A DNA stretch of 38,804 nucleotides from Candidatus Jorgensenbacteria bacterium. Lineage in GTDB: Bacteria > Patescibacteriota > Minisyncoccia > UBA6257 > GWB1-50-10. This document shows, in pieces, positions 27,718-35,348 of this stretch. The stretch is from NCBI GenBank assembly GCA_037444725.1, contig JBBILW010000003.1, forward strand, positions 1 to 38,804. Reading direction: 5' to 3'. The notes under the pieces are model-generated. The model ran no database searches. It was not told the origin of the DNA and saw only the letters and a list, made by a program, of their open reading frames with translations. How positions within the stretch are numbered: position 1 is the first letter of the stretch; every line of letters begins with the position of its first letter. Position numbers and translations under genes: made by a program.

Positions 27718-28635
27718 ATGGAACTCCCCGAAAATCTGAAAGAACTTTATCGGCATTGGGAGGGGCATGCGGGCGCAAGCTCGGGCGTGGGAACGGATAG
27801 CGTTACCAGCGACAAAGAGCTATTTGAGCGCATCACGTGGTTCATCAATGAGCGTCTAGAGATTTGGAAAAAGAAAACGGCGGGAGAGAAACCGCCATAC
27901 ACGCAGGATGCGATTCTCTCGCACTATCGTTTCTGCAACATCTTCAGAGAGTTTGATAGGCAGACGATTGAGCTTCATACACTTCTTAATCCGCTGAGGG
28001 ATAATTTTCCTCTGTGGTTGTTAAACATGTTCTACTGCCGGATGATTGCGAGGCCAGAAACAATTCACGCGGTGGGCTTACTCTCGTTCAACGCAAAAGA
28101 AAACGAGGAGCTGTATAAACGACTCATAGCTTTGCCGCGTCCGCGCTACGGCACACCGTATGTGTTTCCGATAAGCGTGATTCAAAAAAGTAAAACGCCG
28201 ACGAGAGAATTATTTATAACAGACTTCTTACCACGCGTGATGGAGTCGGTAGCGAAGGAGATTGAGACGTGGGAGCGTGTGTCCGTATACGAAGGAGTGA
28301 AGAAGGTTATTCCTATTTTTGACTACAACTTGAACTTCCTCTGGACCGAGGCGCTTATCGATGTAGCATATCAGTTTCCACAGTACACAAATCTTTTTGA
28401 GCGGTTTCCTGTCGGCCCTGGGGCATTGCCGACATTGAGACGCATTAATGAAGAGAAAGAGCCGTCGGAGCTTGTGGTGGAGCTCGCGAAGATAAATATA
28501 GATATGTACATCACATTCAACGGGAAGCCGTTACGGCTCTCGGCGGAAAATTGGGAGGGAGTGGCGTGCGAATTCAGGAAATACACGAATTTGAGTGCGG
28601 GGAGGGGGAGGAAGAGAATATTCTCTCATTATTAG
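27718..28635 (+). CDS. aGPT-Pplase1 / 5-hmdU DNA kinase helical-domain-like protein (DNA base hypermodification family)
   Basis: ERLEIW...PPYTQDAILSHYRFCNIFREFDR and C-terminal EGVACEFRKY motifs. Confidence 0.75.
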   Translation: MELPENLKELYRHWEGHAGASSGVGTDSVTSDKELFERITWFINERLEIWKKKTAGEKPPYTQDAILSHYRFCNIFREFDRQTIELHTLLNPLRDNFPLWLLNMFYCRMIARPETIHAVGLLSFNAKENEELYKRLIALPRPRYGTPYVFPISVIQKSKTPTRELFITDFLPRVMESVAKEIETWERVSVYEGVKKVIPIFDYNLNFLWTEALIDVAYQFPQYTNLFERFPVGPGALPTLRRINEEKEPSELVVELAKINIDMYITFNGKPLRLSAENWEGVACEFRKYTNLSAGRGRKRIFSHY

Positions 28636-28706
28636 ACAACTGCGCGGGTCTGCGCTAGTCTGCAATCAGTAACTCAAACAACCCGAAACAGGAAAGGGAG
28701 GGGCAT

Positions 28707-29228
28707 ATGGGACTCTTGAAGCGCATCGCAGACTTGTTCCGAGGGCGGAAGAGCAACAATCCCGCATCAGTTGAAGCGCCCGATACGAGGGTGGAGATTG
28801 AGGAGGGTGAAGACCCCATTCCGAGGCTCTGCTTCCCGAACGGACGTGGCTGTCCGCATGGGCCCACAAAGGGCGTGGTTGCCTTGGTCATCCACGGCAA
28901 GCCATTCGAGATCGACTCACCTCCGATGTGCAAGGAGTGCAGTGAGAAGTATTTGAACGCGAATGCGACAAAGTGCGCCGTCTGCAAGATGCCGATTTTC
29001 CCCGGTGACGCCGTGGGCGACCCGAGCGGGTCAATCCTCACCATCGGGAAGAAGTTCGTTCATCTTACGCACGGGTGTTGCGAGGACGGCGGGTACTTCT
29101 GTGGGTACTGGGGAGAGGGCAGGCTCGTGAGGCTTCACGAGGTCGACCCGAAGCAGTTCCCCGAGGGCACGACAACGGTAATGGCGCACGCCTTCACGAG
29201 TGGTGAGACAGTTATCTCGCGTCCGTAG
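28707..29228 (+). CDS. Cys-rich (zinc-binding) hypothetical protein
   Basis: Strong SD; CxxC pairs, CC...C. Confidence 0.65.
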   Translation: MGLLKRIADLFRGRKSNNPASVEAPDTRVEIEEGEDPIPRLCFPNGRGCPHGPTKGVVALVIHGKPFEIDSPPMCKECSEKYLNANATKCAVCKMPIFPGDAVGDPSGSILTIGKKFVHLTHGCCEDGGYFCGYWGEGRLVRLHEVDPKQFPEGTTTVMAHAFTSGETVISRP

Positions 29229-29241
29229 TCTCGGAGAGCGT

Positions 29242-29421
29242 ATGGAGAAAGTCACACAGGAGGAGCTTGCGCTCATCAACGCGCGGGCGAATGCCGGTTG
29301 CTGCCCCAAGTGCAAGAGCCTCAGTACGGGGTGGGACCCTCGCGAGGAGTGGAAGCGTGAGTGCTTCCGCTGCGGACGAAGGTGGGAGAACGAGCACCTT
29401 CGCGCGCTTCTCAAGAAGTGA
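29242..29421 (+). CDS. Small zinc-ribbon protein
   Basis: GGAGAG SD; CPKC...CFRC; terminator at about 29432-29460. Confidence 0.6.
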   Translation: MEKVTQEELALINARANAGCCPKCKSLSTGWDPREEWKRECFRCGRRWENEHLRALLKK

Positions 29422-29538
29422 GCAACATAGAGGGTCGCACAACACGTGCGACCCTTTTTTATTTGACGAGCGCAGTAAATTGGAGTGTACTGACAGAGTT
29501 CTTTCACAACGAATCGAACGAAAGGAGGTGAGTGGCAG

Positions 29539-30324
29539 ATGGGAGAGCTCATATTGCTAAGCGATGTATGGCTCACGAGACGTGTGAGAGACAAGACGTA
29601 CGCCGATGAAGAGGGAGGAATCTCGACCGACGTTCGCGGATACTTTTCGGGTCACACGCCGCGTCCGCTCTGCGAGCAGACCGATGTGCTCCGCAAATAC
29701 TTTCCGCGCGCGGGTTATGCGAACTTCTCGCTTGTCGAAAACGTGCCGTTGCCGGAGGGCGCGGAGGGCTGGTTCGCCATTCCTCGCTGGGAGCGCATTG
29801 CGCCGACATACTGTGGAGCGGTCGAGAAGGTATTTCGCATGCTTCTGAGGGAACGCGCCGGCAATTTCAGGAATAGCGGCGAGAGGGCGCTTACGTCCCT
29901 CAATCTTCGCGAGTCGGAAAAAACGCGGCATGCCTTTGTTGATATTGAGCATGCGCAGGCCGGATGCGGGATTCTCATTGTGCCCGCACAGTTCGGCATG
30001 CGGCATCGATACCGTTCGGTGCGCCGTGCGCGGGCAATAATGCCGGAGCGCGAGTTCGGGCTTGGTGCATTCGCGGTAGGGGTGATGCTTCTCACGCACC
30101 CCGCGCGTCTTGCGGATTACCGCGACCTCGGCATCGAATGCGCGGGCGATGAGGTGGGAGTGAATCCTCCCGGTACGCCGACGCTTGGCGAGTTCAACGA
30201 CGCGGACCCAGGTCTGCCGTGCGTGCCTCATTTCCGGTTCCTCTATAACGCGCTCGAGTTCGGTGTCGGCAATACGGACATCGTAAGTCCCCACGCCGGT
30301 TCCGCGTCTGCGTTCAGACTGTAA
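29539..30324 (+). CDS. Hypothetical protein
   Basis: AAGGAGGTGA SD; 261 aa; AEGWFAIPRW, AQFGMRHR, GSASAF motifs; terminator follows. Confidence 0.75.
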   Translation: MGELILLSDVWLTRRVRDKTYADEEGGISTDVRGYFSGHTPRPLCEQTDVLRKYFPRAGYANFSLVENVPLPEGAEGWFAIPRWERIAPTYCGAVEKVFRMLLRERAGNFRNSGERALTSLNLRESEKTRHAFVDIEHAQAGCGILIVPAQFGMRHRYRSVRRARAIMPEREFGLGAFAVGVMLLTHPARLADYRDLGIECAGDEVGVNPPGTPTLGEFNDADPGLPCVPHFRFLYNALEFGVGNTDIVSPHAGSASAFRL

Positions 30325-30370
30325 TCCCCGCAGTATCTATAGGATTCGGCGGGTTTTTTTATTTCTCTTT

Positions 30371-30560
30371 GTAGTCCCGGGGAGAATCTCCTTCGCCTCT
30401 CGCCCCGCTCGTCAGCGGGGCTCGGACTAGGCACCGCCTCACGTGCCTCGCTGCTGCTTGGCACATGCTCCGGCGTTCGATTCACCCGCGCGAGCCAAGT
30501 AGTTGGCTCGCTTGGGGCTATAAAAATATCCCTCCTTGCGGGTGGGATATTTTTCTTTAG
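30371..30560 (-). repeat. tRNA-trailing element, copy D (different core)
   Basis: Terminator 30522-30554; inverted tRNA-Glu 3' end 30475-30520 split by a hairpin; direct copy 30371-30388 (16/18). Confidence 0.75.
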
Positions 30561-30632
30561 TAGCCCCAGGGAGAATCGAACCCCCGTTTATGCCGTGAAA
30601 GGGCATTGTCCTAACCACTAGACGATAGGGCC
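30561..30632 (-). tRNA. tRNA-Glu(TTC)
   Basis: GGCCCTA/TGGGGCT; ATGCC-CTTTCAC-GGCAT. Confidence 0.95.
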
Positions 30633-30740
30633 AACCGGTACGGCGCTGCGCGCGCCATTGCTATCGGACATAGCATAAAACATCCCTGACTTTTTTTCCA
30701 GCCACAGCGCACGTAGTGTATAATAGTACTAACGTTCGTT

Positions 30741-31223
30741 ATGGAGATAAAGAAAAAAAGGGAATCGGTTACATGGCACGCAGCCGAACATCATCACGCT
30801 GAAAAAAATACGGGATGGTACGCAATCATCGGCGGTGCGGCATTATTGCTGTTCGTTATTGCATTATTTTCAAGAAATTTCTTTTTCGCCGTACTCATTT
30901 TGCTTGCAACGGCTCTTATTATGATATTCGGCAGCCTGGAGCCGAGAGTATACGAATTCCACGTAGGCGAGCATGGCGTGACTGTCGACAAGAAGCGGTA
31001 CCTCTACAACGAATTCGAGAGTTTTTCGCTCCGCAGGCATGGACACAATCATGAGCCGCGCGAAATTGTGCTTCACATGAAGAAAAAAGTGAATCCCTTT
31101 CTTCATCTGCCTATGGAATCAAGGGGCATCTCCGACGTCCACGCGATTTTGCACTCGAAACTCAAAGAAACCGAGTTCGAAGAATCGTTTGCGGACATCG
31201 TTGCTGACATTCTCGGGTTTTGA
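30741..31223 (+). CDS. Hypothetical membrane protein (2 TM + beta domain)
   Basis: W-A-EH...WY, two TM helices, C-terminal LGF. Confidence 0.75.
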   Translation: MEIKKKRESVTWHAAEHHHAEKNTGWYAIIGGAALLLFVIALFSRNFFFAVLILLATALIMIFGSLEPRVYEFHVGEHGVTVDKKRYLYNEFESFSLRRHGHNHEPREIVLHMKKKVNPFLHLPMESRGISDVHAILHSKLKETEFEESFADIVADILGF

Positions 31224-31267
31224 TTTTTTGGTGAAGACGTGTCATAATCCTGCTCGTACGTAAATAT

Positions 31268-31339
31268 GCCCTTGTCGTTCAACGGATAGGACGCAAGATT
31301 GCGGATCTTGTAATCGAGGTTCGATTCCTCGCGAGGGCA
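31268..31339 (+). tRNA. tRNA-Arg(GCG)
   Basis: GCCCTTG/CGAGGGC; CAAGA-TTGCGGA-TCTTG. Confidence 0.93.
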
Positions 31340-31555
31340 CAAAAAAGAAAACACCCATGACGGGTGTTTTCTTGTATTTGTGCTCGCGAGGAATCGAACG
31401 GGAAGGGGGTCGGGGAAACGGTAGTTTCCCCGTGGCGGAGCATACGAACCGCTGGGTTCGTAAAAGCGAGCGACGAGCGAGCTTTGTTCGCTTCCTCGCG
31501 ACGACCGAGCAAGAGCGAGGAAGTACTGAGCGCAGCAGCGCGAACGTAGGGCACA
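31340..31555 (+). repeat. tRNA-trailing element, copy B
   Basis: Inverted copy 31377-31399; core 31400-31461 is 60/62 identical to 14542-14603; direct copy 31486-31501 plus 31548-31555. Confidence 0.9.
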
Positions 31556-31623
31556 TCAATTGACTAAATACGTATTTTACGTTATTCTGTCAAGCAGAAC
31601 ATTTAACTCTAAGCGGAGGACAT

Positions 31624-32253
31624 GTGCAAAAAAAGTGTGTGTGGTGCAACCGGCGAAGCTTCGCGAACCGTATCATTCATGAAACAAAGGAGTGGTACGT
31701 GGTCGCAGCTCTTGGCCAGATTACGGATGGCGGGCACGTGCTCGTGATTCCGAAGCGACACCTGCTCTGCATGGGTGAGATACGTGAGACGTCTTCGTTA
31801 AATCATTTCGTCACACGCGTTCGCCATGCGGTGACGTGGGGATACGGCAAAAATAATGGAAGGGACCAGCCGTTCTTCTCGACCATGATGTTCGAGGACG
31901 CGAGTCAGCGGGGAAGTACGAATCATGCTTGTTTCCACATTGTGCCGACAAGCTTGAAAATCGAAGACGCGTTTTTCGATCGTTACCCCTGCATGACGCC
32001 AAAGAAGATGCGGCCGCGCGAGACTCTGCAGAGCATTTTCCAGGGCCGTCCCTATCCCTACCTCTACTGGGCGTATGACTACGGGCAGAGGATGATTCTC
32101 TGGGACCCGCCGCCCACCGTGCAGAGTCTTCGGAAGGTCGTGGCAACGCTCCATGGATGCCCCGAACGCGGCGATTGGCGTACGGTCAATCCCGCCGACG
32201 ACGAAGTCTTGTGGCGGAGAACCACGGCACGCCTCAAGGCGTATTTCGTATAG
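31624..32253 (+). CDS. HIT-family protein, diverged paralog
   Basis: CVWC, GHVLVIPKRH, degenerate HACFH; GGAGGA SD. Confidence 0.75.
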   Translation: MQKKCVWCNRRSFANRIIHETKEWYVVAALGQITDGGHVLVIPKRHLLCMGEIRETSSLNHFVTRVRHAVTWGYGKNNGRDQPFFSTMMFEDASQRGSTNHACFHIVPTSLKIEDAFFDRYPCMTPKKMRPRETLQSIFQGRPYPYLYWAYDYGQRMILWDPPPTVQSLRKVVATLHGCPERGDWRTVNPADDEVLWRRTTARLKAYFV

Positions 32254-32383
32254 TACGCAGCCCCTTCGGGGGCTTTTTATTTTCGTACGTTTTTAAAAAA
32301 CTGCGCTATCGTTCTTGTTTGACTTCGGGAGTGTTTCCGCATAATCTGCCAATAGAACTTTCACCTGGAAACTCGGAGGCTGT

Positions 32384-33007
32384 ATGGAAAACGGTTGCGC
32401 GTTTTGCGACAAGAAGAATTTCGAGGAGCGCATCATCAAAGAGACCGAGCATTGGTACGTGGTTGCCTCACTCGGCCAGATTACGGATGGCGGGCACGTG
32501 CTCGTGGTCCCGAAGCGACACCTGCTCTGCATGGGCGAGGTGCGGGAGCTGAAGTCCTTGAGGTGCATTTCTGCGGCCGTGCATCGTGCGCTCATCAGGG
32601 TGTACGCGAACGGACTCATGTCGCGGTACGATTCGGTGATGGCATTCGAACACGGCATCGTAGGACAGACCGTGTTTCACGCGCATCTCCATTTCCTGCC
32701 GGCGAGGCTCTACATCACCGACAAAATTCGGAGGGATTTCCCCGCAGCGGAAATCGAGAGCATTCCGGTGGGAGGCTCTCTGCAGGAGCTCTACCTCGCG
32801 CGCCGCAAGCCGTACCTTTATTGGATGATGCCCAACGGCCAGGAGATGGTGTGCTGGAATCCTCCCGCATCGCCGCGTTACTTCCGCGAACTCTTCGCGA
32901 AACGTCTCGGCCACCTTGAGCGCGTTGATTGGAAGCAGGTGGACCCTGCACACGACCGCATGCTCTGGAGTACCACCGTTGCGGCATTGAAGCCGGAACT
33001 GCAGTAG
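32384..33007 (+). CDS. HIT-family nucleotide hydrolase
   Basis: CAFC, GHVLVVPKRH, FEHG, GQTVFHAHLHF. Confidence 0.88.
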   Translation: MENGCAFCDKKNFEERIIKETEHWYVVASLGQITDGGHVLVVPKRHLLCMGEVRELKSLRCISAAVHRALIRVYANGLMSRYDSVMAFEHGIVGQTVFHAHLHFLPARLYITDKIRRDFPAAEIESIPVGGSLQELYLARRKPYLYWMMPNGQEMVCWNPPASPRYFRELFAKRLGHLERVDWKQVDPAHDRMLWSTTVAALKPELQ

Positions 33008-33065
33008 CATGAGGCCCCCTATGGGGGCCTTTTTATTGGTATACTTAGCATACGATTACACTCAT

Positions 33066-34379
33066 ATGCCGACCCATGAAGAAAAAGTAGTGCGTATTGC
33101 GAAGATTTTGAAAGCACGTACGGGCACGACGCCCGTTTCATTTAAAAAGAAGGCGGTGTCGCATCAGGTACCGAAGCCGGAAGACATGCGCTACGATGAC
33201 GAGAAAATAGACCTCACTGACCTCAACGAGATTTTGAAAATCGATGCGGAGGCACGTGTGTGCACCGCAGAGCCCGGTGTCACGTTTGTCGATCTGGTCC
33301 GTGAAACCTTGAAGGTGGGACTTGTACCGGTTACCGTGCCGGAGCTCAAGACCATCACGATTGGTGGTGCGGTGGCAGGGTGTTCGTTGGAATCAATGTC
33401 TTACAAGTACGGCGGATTTCACGACAGCTGCGTGGAATATGAAATTATCACGGCGGCAGGTGACGTGCTCACGTGTACGCCGAACAACGAAAACAAACTT
33501 CTATTCCAGATGGTGCACGGGACATTCGGCACCCTTGGCATTATTGCGAAACTCACGTTCAAACTTCTTCCCGCAAAAGCCTACGTGCACATGACGTACG
33601 AAAAGTACGGCGCGCTTGAGGAATATAAAGCAGCAACACTGCGCCACTACACAGCGAAAGATGCAGACTTTATGGACGGCATCATTCATTCGCCGGAAGA
33701 ATACGTACTCTCAATCGGCAACTTCGTGGATGCGGCACCCTATGCGCATCGCTACGATTGGTTGAGGGTTTATTATCAAAGCACAAAAGAGCGGAAAGAG
33801 GATTACTTGAAGACCGCCGATTATTTTTTCAGATATGAAAATGGCGTGACGAATGTAACACCGAAAACGTTTCTTGGTCGGCTCTTGTTTGGAAAATTGC
33901 TCGGCTCGACGAATGTATTGAAGCTCGTGGAGCTTTTTCACTCATTCATTCCCTCCGACTACATTCCCATAACCATTGACCTCTTTTTGCCGTTTTCAAA
34001 AGTGAGCGATTTCTTTGCGTGGTACAACAAAGAAATGAATCACTATCCGCTTTGGTGGGTGCCGTACAAAATTGTGCGGAGATACGAGTGGATTAACCCC
34101 GCGCTCATCGAAAAAACAAACGACGAGTTCTTCATCGATATCGCGATTTACGGCATGAAGAAGCGGAGCGACAAAAATTACTATCGCATGCTCGAGGAGA
34201 AACTCATGGAATTAGGCGGCATCAAAACGCTTATTTCAAACAACTTTTATTCGGAAGAAGAATTTTGGAAGAGCTGGAATAAAGAAAATTATGAGGCAGT
34301 GAAACGCATCACGGACCCGAAGAATATTTTCAGGGGCCTTTACGAGAAGACGTGCAGGACGGTGCGGGGGCTCAAATAG
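33066..34379 (+). CDS. FAD-binding (PCMH-type) oxidoreductase, DHCR24-like
   Basis: AEPGVT, PELKTITIGGAVAG, GTFGTLG, C-terminal DPKNIFRGLYEK. Confidence 0.85.
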   Translation: MPTHEEKVVRIAKILKARTGTTPVSFKKKAVSHQVPKPEDMRYDDEKIDLTDLNEILKIDAEARVCTAEPGVTFVDLVRETLKVGLVPVTVPELKTITIGGAVAGCSLESMSYKYGGFHDSCVEYEIITAAGDVLTCTPNNENKLLFQMVHGTFGTLGIIAKLTFKLLPAKAYVHMTYEKYGALEEYKAATLRHYTAKDADFMDGIIHSPEEYVLSIGNFVDAAPYAHRYDWLRVYYQSTKERKEDYLKTADYFFRYENGVTNVTPKTFLGRLLFGKLLGSTNVLKLVELFHSFIPSDYIPITIDLFLPFSKVSDFFAWYNKEMNHYPLWWVPYKIVRRYEWINPALIEKTNDEFFIDIAIYGMKKRSDKNYYRMLEEKLMELGGIKTLISNNFYSEEEFWKSWNKENYEAVKRITDPKNIFRGLYEKTCRTVRGLK

Positions 34380-34401
34380 TCCGATTTAGTACAATAAGTA
34401 T

Positions 34402-34578
34402 ATGAAAGAGTGGCTCGCTATCGCGGTTATTGTAATTATTACGATTTTTGCTATTATAGCCCTTGCGGTTCCAAGGTTGAAAAACACCGGAATGGCACCG
34501 GAGGCGAGCACTTTTAAAGGTCCGACAGGAACGCCGTACGTAAAGGGTCCGACGGGGCTTCCACCGGGTCCACAATAA
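34402..34578 (+). CDS. 58-aa membrane-anchored peptide with KGPTG repeats
   Basis: MKEWLAIAVIVIITIFAIIALAVPRLKNTGMAPEASTFKGPTGTPYVKGPTGLPPGPQ; TACAAT 6 nt upstream; below ORF-track cutoff. Confidence 0.7.
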   Translation: MKEWLAIAVIVIITIFAIIALAVPRLKNTGMAPEASTFKGPTGTPYVKGPTGLPPGPQ

Positions 34579-34585
34579 TATTTTC

Positions 34586-34659
34586 GCGGGCATGGTTTAG
34601 TGGTAGAACACGACCTTGCCAAGGTTGAGACGGGAGTTCGATTCTCCCTGCCCGCACCA
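34586..34659 (+). tRNA. tRNA-Gly(GCC), CCA encoded
   Basis: GCGGGCA/TGCCCGC; CGACC-TTGCCAA-GGTTG. Confidence 0.95.
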
Positions 34660-34664
34660 GATTC

Positions 34665-35303
34665 ATGCAAACCGTTATTCGAGTCATTGTTACGCTCTTT
34701 TTCCTGGGACTCATCATTCTCGGTATTGTCTTTTTCAGCATCGTTGCGGTAGTACCGAAAGAAAAGCTCGCCCGCATTAAGTCGGGTGACTTAAAGGCGG
34801 CGACTTCAACCGTACAAGTGACGACCGAAGTCCCGCAAGGCTTCTTTGATAAATATTTCCTGACTCCGTTGCAGGCCGTGTTTACGCCGAAGGAGACGAC
34901 GCAACAGCCTGTGCCCGAGGAGATTACGGTAAAATCGACAGAGCCGGTCACGGCTCCCGGACCCGTAGAGGCGCCGAAGCAATCGAGTCCAGTCGCCCCG
35001 TCTCAGATTCCAAGGGGAGTAATCACACTCGTGGTTTCTTCTGCGGGTTTTTCGCCGAATTCATTCACAGTGAATGCGGGCGCCGATGTTGCGGTGGCGC
35101 TCGAAGCAAGCGATGCGTTCTCGCACGTCATGATGTTCGACGATGCATCGTTAAGCCAAGTGGTTATCGGTGCCTCACCGCAGGGGAGTGGCGCGCGCAT
35201 TATTGCATTTAAGGCTCCCGCGCAGCCCGGAACATACGTGTTCCGCTGCGGCATTCCCGGCCACGCAGACCGCGGTGAAGTGGGGAGAATGATTGTAAAA
35301 TAA
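34665..35303 (+). CDS. Membrane-anchored cupredoxin-domain protein
   Basis: N-terminal TM, Pro-rich linker, FSPNSFTV, H...YVFRCGIPGHADRGEVG (axial Met replaced by Glu). Confidence 0.8.
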   Translation: MQTVIRVIVTLFFLGLIILGIVFFSIVAVVPKEKLARIKSGDLKAATSTVQVTTEVPQGFFDKYFLTPLQAVFTPKETTQQPVPEEITVKSTEPVTAPGPVEAPKQSSPVAPSQIPRGVITLVVSSAGFSPNSFTVNAGADVAVALEASDAFSHVMMFDDASLSQVVIGASPQGSGARIIAFKAPAQPGTYVFRCGIPGHADRGEVGRMIVK

Positions 35304-35309
35304 GCGAAT

Positions 35310-35346
35310 CAAAAAACCGCCTCATCGTCATGATAGGGCGGTTTTT
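35310..35346. terminator. Bidirectional terminator
   Basis: aaaaaaccgcc...ggcggttttt between convergent genes. Confidence 0.75.
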
Positions 35347-35348
35347 AG

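Noticed and set aside
24870-30370. Prophage or ICE
   Set aside because: No integrase, structural, replication or conjugation genes
14542-31461. CRISPR array or IS/MITE call for the 62-nt repeats
   Set aside because: Only dispersed copies, with no repeat-spacer periodicity, no cas or transposase genes and no constant terminal inverted repeats
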